From NCBI RefSeq assembly GCF_009914755.1, contig NC_060932.1: a DNA stretch of 64,000 bases. The stretch is one strand, 5' to 3'. This stretch comes from the human T2T-CHM13v2.0 reference genome, Homo sapiens. The notes below the pieces were generated by a model. That model was not told where the DNA came from, ran no database searches, and saw nothing but the letters and a program-made list of their open reading frames with translations. The position numbers and the translations under genes were made by a program. This document shows, piece after piece, positions 50,711 through 64,000 of this stretch; the first letter of the stretch is position 1; every line of letters starts with the position of its first letter.

Positions 50711-51255
50711 CGTGATGATTAATGTTATGTGTCAACTTGACTGAGCCATAACGTGCCCAGATATTTGGCCAAACATTATTCTGGTTGTGTCTTTGAGGAT
50801 ATTTTGGATGATATTAACATTTGAATCAGTAGACTGAGCAAAGCAGAATGGTTTCCCTAATGTGGGTAAACCTCATTCAGTCAGTTGAAAGCCTACATAG
50901 AGCAAAGAAGCTGACTCTCCTGAGAGAAAGAGGGCACTCCTGCCTGATTGTTTAAGCTTGGACATTGGTCTTTTTCTGACTTCAGACTCAAACTGAAACA
51001 TTGTTTCCTTTTGGGTCTCAAGTTTGCTGGCTTTTTGGACTGGAACTTATAACATTGGCTCTTCTGGTTCTCAGGCTTTCAGACGTGTACTGGAACTATA
51101 TCATTGGCTTTCCTGGGTCTCTAGCTTACTGACTGCAGATCTTGGGACTCTCAGCCTCCATAATCGCATGAGTCAATTCCTTATAATAAATTTATTTCCC
51201 TATATATGCATATATCCTGTTGGTTCTATTTCTGTGGAGAACCCTAACTGATACA
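50711..51255 (+). mobile_element. MLT2 (ERVL) solo LTR
   Basis: 'gtgatgattaatgttatgtgtcaacttgactg...tctgtggagaaccctaactgataca'. Perfect 5-bp TSD GATGG at 50706-50710 and 51256-51260. Confidence 0.93.
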
Positions 51256-52071
51256 GATGGTAATCTCTATGTCTCTATTCCTCTTGGTGTTCACTTCTGC
51301 CCATCTTCCAAACAGAGCAGAAACTAAGGGTGTAATCAATAATATCAAACTGTACTTCTTACACACAGACAGCAAAATCCACACTATGCATTCTCCCCAG
51401 TACCTATTGATCAGTCCAGACATAATAATCCCTATTCAGCTCAAGGCTTACGTGAGAAGATAAAGTAATTGCACTTACAATAAGAAAACTTCTTTTAAAT
51501 TTTCCAAATTTAAAAAATTGAGGTGACAGCTGGTCACTCACACAGCATCTATATTTAGTTCCTGCAATCAATCAAATACTTAATTTTTTTCTAGGAGAAA
51601 GAGCTTTTTAAAACCTGACCTTGCCCAAGGTTGAAGATGCTGATATTTAACAACTGAAAATATAAAGGTGACCTTTTACTCATCAAAAGCATTGTGAAGT
51701 AATAATTTCAATAATTATTTTATCATTGATATTTTCTTATAATGTATAAAAACTCTGTCCCTAGGATTCTAGATATGGTAACTGTTGTCACCCATGAGAT
51801 TGGAACAGAAAGCTTTGGTCAGTTCTACATGGTATTGAACTTAAAGATTCCCGTTAATTTTAGTCAAAGCTGATACTGGAGCTTCTAATGCCCCTTTCAA
51901 GTTGTTCCTTCAGTGCAGCTGGTTTTCACCCAATCCTGAGAAAACATGTGAACAACCATCTAATAACAAAGCAAGAACTTTAAGCTAACTTGGGTCTACT
52001 TAGTTTGTTAATACTTCTCAAACCACTTTGCTATCTATGTTGTAGCCAGGAAGACATTAAAAAGTGTTCTG

Positions 52072-52408
52072 ACAAAATCATGTCCTTTGCAGCAACACAG
52101 ATGGAGCTTGAGGCCATTATCCTAAGTGAACTAACACAGGTACAGAAAACCAGACACCACATGTTCTCACTTACAATGGTAGCTAAACATTGAGCACACA
52201 AGGACACGTTGAAGGAAACAATAGACATCAGAGCCTACTTGAGGATGACCGGAGGGAGGAGGCTGAGGGTCAAAAAACTACCTATTGTGTACTGTGCTTA
52301 TTACCTGGCTGATGAAATAATATGTACATCAAACCCTTGCAACATGAAATTTATCTATAGAATCAACCTGCATATGTACCCATGAAACTAAAATAACACT
52401 TAAAAAAA
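52072..52408 (+). mobile_element. Old L1PA (L1PA15/16-like) 3' fragment
   Basis: KIMSFAATQMELEAIILSEL in ORF 51990-52193. TSD AAAAAGT(G/C)TTCTG. Confidence 0.9.
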
Positions 52409-52681
52409 GTCTTCTGGATTTAACAGTTTTGCCATCTCAGGATAGTGATACTGATGAAAAGCCATGTTAGAAGAGAAGTAAGGATTTGAGAGCTTTACAG
52501 CCTCATGTTTTTTCCTCATTATCTTTGCAATATGCTACTGATTATTCTTGCTTTTATCAAGAATTCTGAGCAGGAAGGAATGGGAAGACTTGGAGAGTCA
52601 CTTGTGTCTTGCTCTCCTCCTGGAGAAGCTGTATAGTTTTGAAAATCTAGCAGTTCAAGCAAATCCAATATGTTTGGATCA

Positions 52682-53185
52682 ATCAATTCATTTGTTAAAT
52701 ATTTATTGAATATTTACCATGTGCCAGACATTGATGTAGGTACTGGGGATACTAATCATCAACAAAAACAGGCATGGCCCCTGCCATCATGAAGCACACA
52801 ATTTAGAGATTGAGACTGATGGATTTTTCAGGCAGATAATCATATAAAATGCATCAGCAATAAATGCTGTGAAAGAGATCTTATAATAGGGGCACATAGC
52901 CTAGTTAGGAATGTCAGGGAAAGCCTTACAAAGGAAGTATTGGTCATATTGTTATCTGAAGAATGAATAGAAGTTAATTAGGTGATAAGGGGAGGAAAGA
53001 ATAGAACAAGCAGAGGAAGTAGTATGTGCAAAAGCCTGCGGCAGGAGGGAACATGACAAATACAAGAGACTGAAATAGAACAGGTGTGACTGGAGCAGAG
53101 AGGTGGGAAAGTTGTGTGTTGGGAGAGGACAAAGTAAAAACAGGTGAGAGACAGACCAGGCAGGGCCTGAGAGGTCATGTCAAGA
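52682..53185 (-). mobile_element. L2 3' fragment
   Basis: 'aaatatttattgaatatttaccatgtgccagacattg' and 'gtgcaaaagcctgcggcagg'. Confidence 0.8.
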
Positions 53186-54742
53186 AGTTTTTTGTTTTTG
53201 AGCTATGCTGATTGACCCCTGGGTAATTGAAAGGTTTCCACTTCCACATTTCAGAAGAGTGTAAGAAATACTAGGAATGAATACGGATTAAAAAGAATTT
53301 ATCCCCCAAAATGTTAGTTATGGCTTCAACTTCAGTCCTTTGAAAATCTATCAATTGCCATGGGTTATTGTAAAAAATAAACATATTAAAATTAATGCTA
53401 GAAAGGGAGATTAGTTTAGAAGGCTGGGAGTGTATTGGTGTGAGGAAGTAAAAGTTCTCTTTGGGAATTCAAATCTTTTGTAGTCTAATATTAGGAGAGC
53501 TGACCCTATTACTACAGGCAAATGAATTAACCTTTCAGTATCTTGGTTGCTTATCTGTTGAGTGAAGATAATGATGATCCACTAATAGGACTGAAAATAA
53601 TTCTGTAAACAACAACAGTTATAGATAAAATATAAATAATTAGTTGTTCTCTTGTTAGATTACAGTCCTTACCTCAGAGTTTAAACATCTCTCTGCCAAA
53701 ATAATATGTCAACTTTTATTTTTGTCAAATAACATTGTGTTTATGTGCACACGTGTGTATGTGTGTGCGTGTATGTGGTAGAGTGAGCTTGTGTTTATTT
53801 TCATATAGTCAAATTTGTGTTTATCGAAAAGGCATTCTCTGTTTCTGATGCCAATTGTTCATTCAGCAATTCCCTGGGTCCTAGATAATCACGATGACTT
53901 CTACTAACAGCAGATGGTTTAACACAGTAGAGGTGCTGCTGAGAGAGAAGGCGGGGTAGGGTGGAGTGGGATGGACGAATAGGTACTTTTAACTTCTTTA
54001 TAAGTGACAACTCTTTTTGTCTATTAAATAAGAATATGCTTTTATTGTTTCATAAACATATTGCAATTATATCAATTATAGTTAAGCCATTTTAACTGGA
54101 TCGGCGGGTACATAATACCATGCCAAGAAGAGGCAAAATGAAGGACCTCCTTGTTGGGATTTATTGCAGATTTACTGGTTCACATTTAAATTGTTATCTC
54201 TTTTGCAGTATTTCCAATACTCTTACGGGAAGTACTTATAAAGCTGTGTTCCTTCAGTGGCATAAAGATGTTCCAGTTCTGTAATTATTCGTGGTTAGCA
54301 TGTCACACTTTCTTTAGTGGATAAAAGGAAATAATAATTAATCTTTTGAAACAATAAAATATTCACAGAATTGGAATAGCTGTTTATTTGTGAGCTTGGA
54401 AAATTTTCATCATTTCTTTTTAAAATTCATGCCTAGTAAATATATAGGCTGTTTCCATAATGATACAATGACTCATACATGTAACAGCAATATTTTTGTT
54501 GTGATTTGGCCTATAGCCAAATGGCTGCCTAGGGATATTGGTTAGTGGCCATGCTGGGCCAGTGAGGTACGATGAACTGGACAGAACCAACCTTTTAGTT
54601 CTGACACAGTTTTTTTGTGTTATGTGACTATTGAATTTTTTCTGCCCTTATATTCAGCTAAAGGGGAGAGTGGATATTTGAGCTCTTTAGGGCAGGCTGA
54701 GCAATATCTCTAAAATATGTTGTGTGTTTTATTAAATGCTCA

Positions 54743-54964
<222 letters not shown>

Positions 54965-55072
54965 TTAGAATAGTCTTCTCAAGAACACCTCCCCTGGGAC
55001 TTCTGCTAAACAAAGTAGGACTTTATGCAGGAAGAATTAACTGGTAGACACCTTCAGGCCAATGAAAAAATA

Positions 55073-55414
55073 CAGTCGTGTGCTATTTAATGACAGAGAT
55101 ATATTCTGAAAAATGCATTGTTAGGTGACTTAGTCGTTGTGCAAACATCATAGAGTGTACTTATATCATACAAATCCTGATGTTATAGCCTACCACACAC
55201 CAAGGCTATACGGTATACTCTATGGATCCTAGGCTACAAACCTGTGCAGCATGTTACTGTAATAAATACTGTAAGCCATTCTAACACAATGGTCAGTCTG
55301 TGTATGTAAACATAGAAAAGATACAGTTTGAAATATGTTATTATAATCTTATGAGACTACCCTCTTTTATGCAGTCTTTTATTGACTAAAATATCTTTAT
55401 GCAGCACATGATTG
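55073..55414. mobile_element. Tigger3/Golem-derived MITE
   Basis: Terminal inverted repeats 'cagtcgtgtgct' and 'gcagcacatgattg', TA on both flanks. Internal 'cctaggctacaaacctgtgcagcatgttactgt'. Confidence 0.9.
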
Positions 55415-56809
55415 TAATTGAAGTTGGTGTATTATGTAATAAAAGTTCATAAGATATATTTCTTTTTGATATTGACAAAGCTGAGAATAAGAATTTATTA
55501 TTCAGAAGGCATTTCCAGTTTTGCTAAAGTATTCATAATTTTGGGCTGAAATTGATACATCATAAAATTCAGAAAAGTAAAATAGGAAAAAATGTGATTG
55601 ACATTATTTAGCACTTGCATTCTACATTTTTATGAAATCAAATTTTTGTTTTTAGCTTGACCATCTTTAAGTTGTGAAATATTTTCTGACGAAATGATAC
55701 AAACTAATATGTACTAGCTTTATTTTCAATACAGAAATTAATTTCTTCCCGTCAAGCCTACAGATACAATTTCTAATTAATATAGTTTAAATTGTAATTT
55801 ACCCAGAGAATAAACAACTTACTGGTAAATATTTGGATTATAGAGAAGATTTTAATGAAAGCAAATTACTTAATATTAAAAGAAAATGTAGAAGCGGAAA
55901 AGAAAAATAAGAACGAATACAATTTAATAGTTATTCATTTTCCACAGCTTCTAACATTTTTAATTGGATGTCTTGTGCTTAAGATATTAAAATGGAGGCC
56001 CAAATCATCATTTTATTTTCTTGTAATACATATAGTTTGAAGATATAAGCAAACCCAGTATTGAAAATTTGGATTTACAAAAGTGATAAATCAGGGGATG
56101 ATCACCATACCAGTCCTTTAATATGAACATTTCTAAGATCCATCTAAAAATCTTTCAAGGTACTAAACTTTTCAGGAACAAGTTTCAGGAATAAAGGAAA
56201 TCAAAAAATTGAGTCACTCCTTAAAATTTTTAAAAGTTTAAGACTAAGAAAGCCTAAATTCTCGGATTTCCCAAGACGCTTTTATTCATTACGCATCTCC
56301 TATCTACTTTTATTTTGGAATTATAGTATTTTGGCTAGAAGAGAGAAAACACAGTACTAGCTATGTTTTTGTTATGTTTAAATGGAAAGAAAAAACAATT
56401 CTCCAATTTCCTTGGGATACAAAGGTCTCAATATAATCACATCCTTGAAGCCTGCGTATAAAGATTATGTTTAGGTGAAATATTGAAAGTTGTAGGATAG
56501 GGACCCTTCTGTACAGGCACATGTGGTACACTAATGAGTTTATCAGTATCCAACAGATTTCAGAGTAAAAAAAATTGCACTTTCAATATGTCATTTTGTA
56601 CTAACAAGCTTTTGATAAAAATAAGAGAGAAGGATCTGTTTTCCTTATGTGTTTGGGTCAAGTCATATTTTTCCATTTCTCTTTACCCAATCAAAACAAA
56701 AATCATATAGATCAGATCTCTGACAAATTTCCATTTTGTATTGCTGTCTGTGAAAGTGGCAGCCTAATCCTTTTTTGTATCCACAAACACTTGGACAATT
56801 ACTGTATGA

Positions 56810-58480
<1,671 letters not shown>

Positions 58481-59099
58481 TTTTATCAGTGACATTACAT
58501 AAATGCTGGACAGGAGGGATTCAAAGAAAGAACCTAATATGGGAATAAGGTTGTAAATTAAAAAGACACTCAGTTGGCTTGTTTTAGATGGATATGAAAA
58601 GCACAAGACTTGACAATGCCTTCACTGGTTAGAATCTTTGGTGTGGGGGATGGTACTACTTTGGTCAAATTTCTAGGTCTTAGGACATCAAAGACATGTG
58701 GGTTCTGTCTCAAAAATAAATCTCCTTTTATTAGGAGCCACCAGTACCTGAGTAACTGGATGTTAGATGCATTAATAAAGACTAAGTCTGGGTACTTCAA
58801 TTAGATGCATAAACAATACTATTATTTTCCATCTAAATGAACATTTGGAGTTAAGGACTAACAGTTTTAAGAAGTATATGATTAATGATTATTTTCTGGC
58901 ACCTGAGGTTGTATTTTTGACTCAGCTTGTGGCTAATTTCAGAGTTGCTGGATTATCTAGTGTACTTAGAATAATTTTAACTATAATACTTTAATCACAC
59001 TTGAAATTTTATTGTATCTTTGTAGATTGTCAAACAACATGGAGGAAGTTGACAACATTACAGCAGTGCACATAAAATGGATTCTGAAAGAGGGTTTTA

Positions 59100-59480
59100 A
59101 AATGGCATTCAGAAGAACAGAAAAATGACATACTTTATATTAAAAACATGTGATCTGTAAGAAATCCAGAGAAGGACTCAGAAGGGATGAGAGTTCTGGA
59201 AACCATCTCATATGAGAAATGGTGTGAGGAATTTAGGCTCTTTTAGTAAAGTATTTAAGATTAACTAGTGACCTAATAGTTATTTCAAATTCATAGAAAT
59301 GCTGTTACATAGAAAAGAAAATAGATTTATTTCATGTAGTCTAGAAGGCAGAAGAAAGACTTACCAATGAATTAACAAAACAAACATGCAAAACCCTCAA
59401 ACATTCTAGCAACTTGTCTAACCACAAAATGCACTGCTTTGTGAGGTAGTGAAGGCTCTGTTGGCTGGTGGTACTCAGGA
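59100..59480 (+). mobile_element. CR1/L3 3' fragment
   Basis: 'tctggaaaccatctcatatgagaaatggtgtgaggaatttaggctcttttag' and 'tgtgaggtagtga'. Confidence 0.65.
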
Positions 59481-59849
59481 GCCTCCAGCCAATCTAAGAA
59501 GCCTGTGCTAAGGGAGCCTGTGCTGAGGGAGGACAGGATCTTTGCATGGGGTCAAAACTAAGGTGTCCTCTAGACAGCCTTAAAGTCCTATAATGTCCTG
59601 AAGGGATCTTTGTATTTAGGAAGATTTTTGACTTTAGGATACATCATCACAAGTAAAGAAATGTGCAAATCGCCAAAAGAAAAAGAACGTGGATCCATCT
59701 AAGTTAGTTTTGTTACTGTGTCAGGATGGAGGAATCCAGTCCTCTCTCAATGTCATGCTAGGTTTCAGGGACTTTTTTAAAACTGAGATTAATTCATCTA
59801 GAAAACACATTTTATATATAGGTATTAAGGAGTGTGATGAGTTACCAGT

Positions 59850-60010
59850 GCTGGGTACTGAACAGAGACCTGTAATCCCTACATAACTAATTCTCTAGGT
59901 GACTCTGGATAAGTCTCTTTTCTGTAACAGTTTCCTCATCCATAAAATGAAAAATACTTTTGTCCTGGGGATTTCTGTGAGGATTAGATAAAGACTCCAT
60001 TTGAGAAAAA
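59850..60010 (+). mobile_element. MIR fragment
   Basis: MIR core 'gtgactctggataagtc...cagtttcctcatccataaaatgaaaa...tgtgaggattaga'. Confidence 0.75.
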
Positions 60011-61092
60011 TGCAATATAAACACAAAGTGTTCCATGAGCCAGACTGGAATAAATTGCTTAAAAAAAGAAAATGTATATTAACTCTTTCAGGTCTTCATA
60101 GCACTGACGTATGTGGGGCATGATACAAAAACTTCCATTTACTTAACAGAGCCCAGGAACCAGAAAATCGTAATGCAATTTTCCATAAGTCAGCTATATT
60201 CTTTGGCAGAAAGAAGCTTAAAAGCACAGAGTTTAATTGAATTATGTAAATATATTTAAATCATGCAAACTACAACATAAAAGGCCTTTTAAAGGAAAAG
60301 AATCCATCCTATCCACATTGGTTAGGGTCTCTTAAATTTTTAGCTTATGAAACACGTAATGACAGTAATTTTATCGGTCAGAATCTGTTCTCTATTCAAT
60401 ATTTAAAACAGGGTATGCTTTCCATGCCAAACTTCGCTCTTTTAAGCGAGGGAGCTTTCTGCTGTATTACATGCAGGAATGGTTACCCATCACACACATG
60501 CTGGGCACCTAATCTCAAGAGGGTGGCCTGTCCACAGCTGGCTGGCAACCTCAATGGTGGTCTGAAGGGCTCTGCTCAATGGGGAAAACGGTTGTTATCT
60601 AAGTCAGTCAGACTACTCCCTTTGGAATTTGGACTGAAAAATGAGTAAATGGAAATGAGAGCAGTCCAGAGTAGATATGCAGAGAAAACACAGCGCTCAT
60701 GAGAAATGAAGCCATATTCACTGAGGGAAAAGGAGAAAAAGTAATTAGCTCCTAGGCTGTCTCAGTCTGAAAGCCTCCCCTGAATGGCTTTTCAGCTCCA
60801 GTTATCCATAAGTTTTCTTACAACGAGCCCCTGCCACTGAAGGTGTCCTGATTATGTCTCTGTCTCTTGCCAAACCAGCACAATTAGGAATTTTCTTCAT
60901 CATCTCAAACTAGAAAGCATGTAATATTTATCTTTTTTCTAGACTAAATTTTCAGAAATGTCATACCAACTTTATTCATTTCTCAATTCTTTTGTTTATC
61001 ATCCTATCAGGTATCATTTTAAAAGAATACTTCTGATTGTTGGCTACATAAGACTATTTCTATTTGGATGAAGGAAATAAATATGCTTGAGT

Positions 61093-61730
61093 CTTTTTTA
61101 AAATTTCAGTTTTTATTTTAGATTCAGGGGATGCATGTGTGTGTTTGTTACATGGGTATACTGCATGATGCTGAGGTTTGGGATGTGAATGATCCTGTCA
61201 CACAGTGAGCAGAGTACCCAACATTTAACTTTTCTTTTTTTTTGTTATTATTTTATTTTTTATATCTCCTCTAAGGTGAAATAGTTAGTTTTTCAACTCT
61301 TCCCCCCACCTTCCTCCCTCTAGTAGCCTGCAGAATCTATTGTTCCCATCTTTATGTCCATGAGTACCCAGTGTTTAGCTTACACTTATAAGTGAGAACA
61401 TGTGGTGTTTGGCTTTCTATTTTTGGGTCAATTTGTTTAAGATAATGGCCTCCATCTTCATCCATGTTGCTGCAAAGGACATGATTTCATTCTTTTTTAT
61501 GGGTGTGTGGTATTCCATGGCATATATGTGCCACCTTTTCTTTATCCAATCCACTGTTGATGGGCACTCAGGTTGATTTCATGTCTTTGCTATTGTGAAT
61601 ATCACAGTGATGAACATACAAGAATGCATGTGTCTTTTGGGTAGAACAATTTATTTTCTTTTGGATATATACCCAGTAATGGGATTGCTGGTGCAGAATG
61701 GTAGTTCTGTTTTAAGTTCTTTGAGAAATC
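61093..61730 (-). mobile_element. L1PA15/16-like 3' fragment
   Basis: 'tttagattcagggggatgcatgtg...tttgttacatgggtatactgcatgatgctgagg'. TSD TGCTTGAGT at 61084-61092 and 61731-61739. Confidence 0.92.
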
Positions 61731-62074
61731 TGCTTGAGTAGTTTTGATAAAAAGTTATATACATTTTGTAGGAGGGTCTCTCTTCCCACCTTATCCTTTG
61801 GCTGGTGAATAGGACTGAAAGTTACAGGGAGTGGACTACAGAACTAAAATTAGCCATAGTAGTACTTCCTATGCATGTCAATCAAACTGGTTGGTCGTAC
61901 ACGGCAAAGTCTTTACTGCTTTTTGTAAACTAAATTTCAGTAGATTGCCTAGTTATTTTTCTTTTCCACATAGGACACATTAAATTGTATATGCTAATTG
62001 TTACTGCCAAGGACTGAAGAGTGGTTTCCTATTTAAACATCCACTACCTTTTCTGAAAAACTGGACTTTATTTT

Positions 62075-62371
62075 ATATTTTAATTTATTTATGGTTTAAG
62101 AGACAGGGTTTCTTTCAGTCATGCAGGCTGGAGTGCAGTGGCATGACCATAGCTCACTGTAACCACAAACTCCTGGGCTCAAGTAATCTTCCCACCTCAT
62201 TCTCCTGAGTAGCTGGAACTACAGGCGGGTGCTACTATGCTCAGCTAATTAAAAAAATTTGGGGGGATAGAGGTCAGGTCTCGCTATGTTGCCCAGGCTG
62301 GTCTCAGGAAATCCTCCTGTCTTGGGCTCCCAAAGCACTGGGATTACAGGCATGAACCACCGTGCCTGGCC
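62075..62371 (-). mobile_element. AluJ
   Basis: Antisense Alu dimer with J-type 'catagctcactgtaacc...ctcctgggctcaag'. Confidence 0.93.
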
Positions 62372-63064
62372 AGCTTTATTATTATTTTTAGAGTAGTTTT
62401 AGCTCCAGAGCAGTTTTTAGCTTTAGATTACGCCCAAAGTGAGAGTTGGCTGAAATGCAGGCTATGTCAGTTTGGAGAGATGATAGGGACCTGGGCAAGG
62501 CTGGGGGCACCTCTGTAGATCTGGAATTGTGCTAGACTTGGAACCTAGGGGTCTTGGCTGTGGAAAGCTATTTGGCAAGCAGTTCCAGGGAGGCCACCCT
62601 ACTTGTAGTCTGTTTACAAAACAAAGACTAGGATGGAGATTATGAGTAAAGAGGAATGGAAAAGTAACAGGATCACTAAACGCATTGCCAGATTCAGAAT
62701 TTTGTCTAGGGATTTCACTGTTTACAAATGCAGACAACATTACATGTCTACCACGTGGTTGGTTAGAGGTCACAGAATGGTCTTGTGGACTAAATTTGGT
62801 AAGAATTCAGTTATGTGTTCCCAGTGATTTAAGAAAGGGAATATTTAAACATTAAAAAAGTCAACATTTAAAAATTGAGATCTTTCAAATTAACATTTGT
62901 GTTTGTAGTTTGTCTTGACAAGGTGTAACACCTGGCAGAACTTGACCTTCATCCCCATGTGACAGTGACTAGCAGAGCTGAGTAGCCTCTGACCTCTTCA
63001 GACAGGGCATGAATGCTCCTCATTTATGCTATCTGGCTTGTATCAGGGTTGGGATTTACCAACC

Positions 63065-63571
<507 letters not shown>

Positions 63572-63621
63572 GAAAAATGGTTGTATTTTGTATTTCAAGT
63601 TGGAATTCTCTTAAAGCTGTA

Positions 63622-64000
63622 TGTATTATAGTTTTCCATTGCTGCTGTAATCTATCACCATAAACTTAATGGCTTAAAGCAACACAGTCAGTTGTCTTAC
63701 AGTTCTGAAAGTCAGAAGTCTAAAACGTGTCTGACGGGCTGTGTTCCTCCTGGAAGCTCCAGGAGAGAATCCTTTCTTTCTTTTCCAGCTTCTAGAGGTC
63801 ACAGCACTCCTTGGGTCCTGGTCCCTTCCTCCACCTCCAGAGAGCATCAATCCAACTCTGCTTTCATTGTCCCAGCTCTTGCCTTTGACTCTCCTGCTTC
63901 AACTCTTATAAGGACCCCTTGATTACATTGGGGTTACCTGAATAATCTGGGATAATCTTCCTATTGCAAGATCCTTAGTAACATTAGCAATTTTCTTCAA
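63622..64000 (-). mobile_element. MLT1-family MaLR LTR running off the window end
   Basis: 'ccattgctgctgtaa...aaacttaatggcttaaagcaacac...cttataaggaccccttgattacattggg'. Confidence 0.88.

Noticed and set aside
53743-53777. Alternating purine-pyrimidine tract with Z-DNA potential
   Set aside because: Short, degenerate (TG)n microsatellite; commonplace.

Overview
This is primate genomic DNA, almost certainly human or great ape, because it carries an SVA retroposon plus AluY/S/J and L1PA/L1PB elements. It is AT-rich, intronic or intergenic, and mostly transposon-derived. I cannot support any protein-coding gene: the longer ORFs are L1 ORF1/ORF2 remnants, antisense SVA/Alu frames or chance frames. 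Main landmarks: (1) a four-level nested stack at about 16.4-26.4 kb (CR1/L3, then a rearranged L1MA, then L1PB, then a full-length SVA), in which the L1PB 3' end is replaced by a younger L1PA5-type 3' end; (2) a second, near full-length L1PB at 42.7-49.8 kb in the opposite orientation; (3) a very ancient RTE-clade LINE reverse-transcriptase relic at about 56.8-58.5 kb; (4) a 35-nt U2 snRNA fragment; (5) an orphan polyadenylated insert inside an MLT1 LTR; (6) a strong CTCF-like motif and two candidate non-coding exons. I find no convincing evidence of a new biological system. The best leads concern retrotransposition mechanism and possible regulatory or lncRNA elements. Subfamily names come from recalled consensus features, not from a database search, and boundaries of old repeats are approximate.
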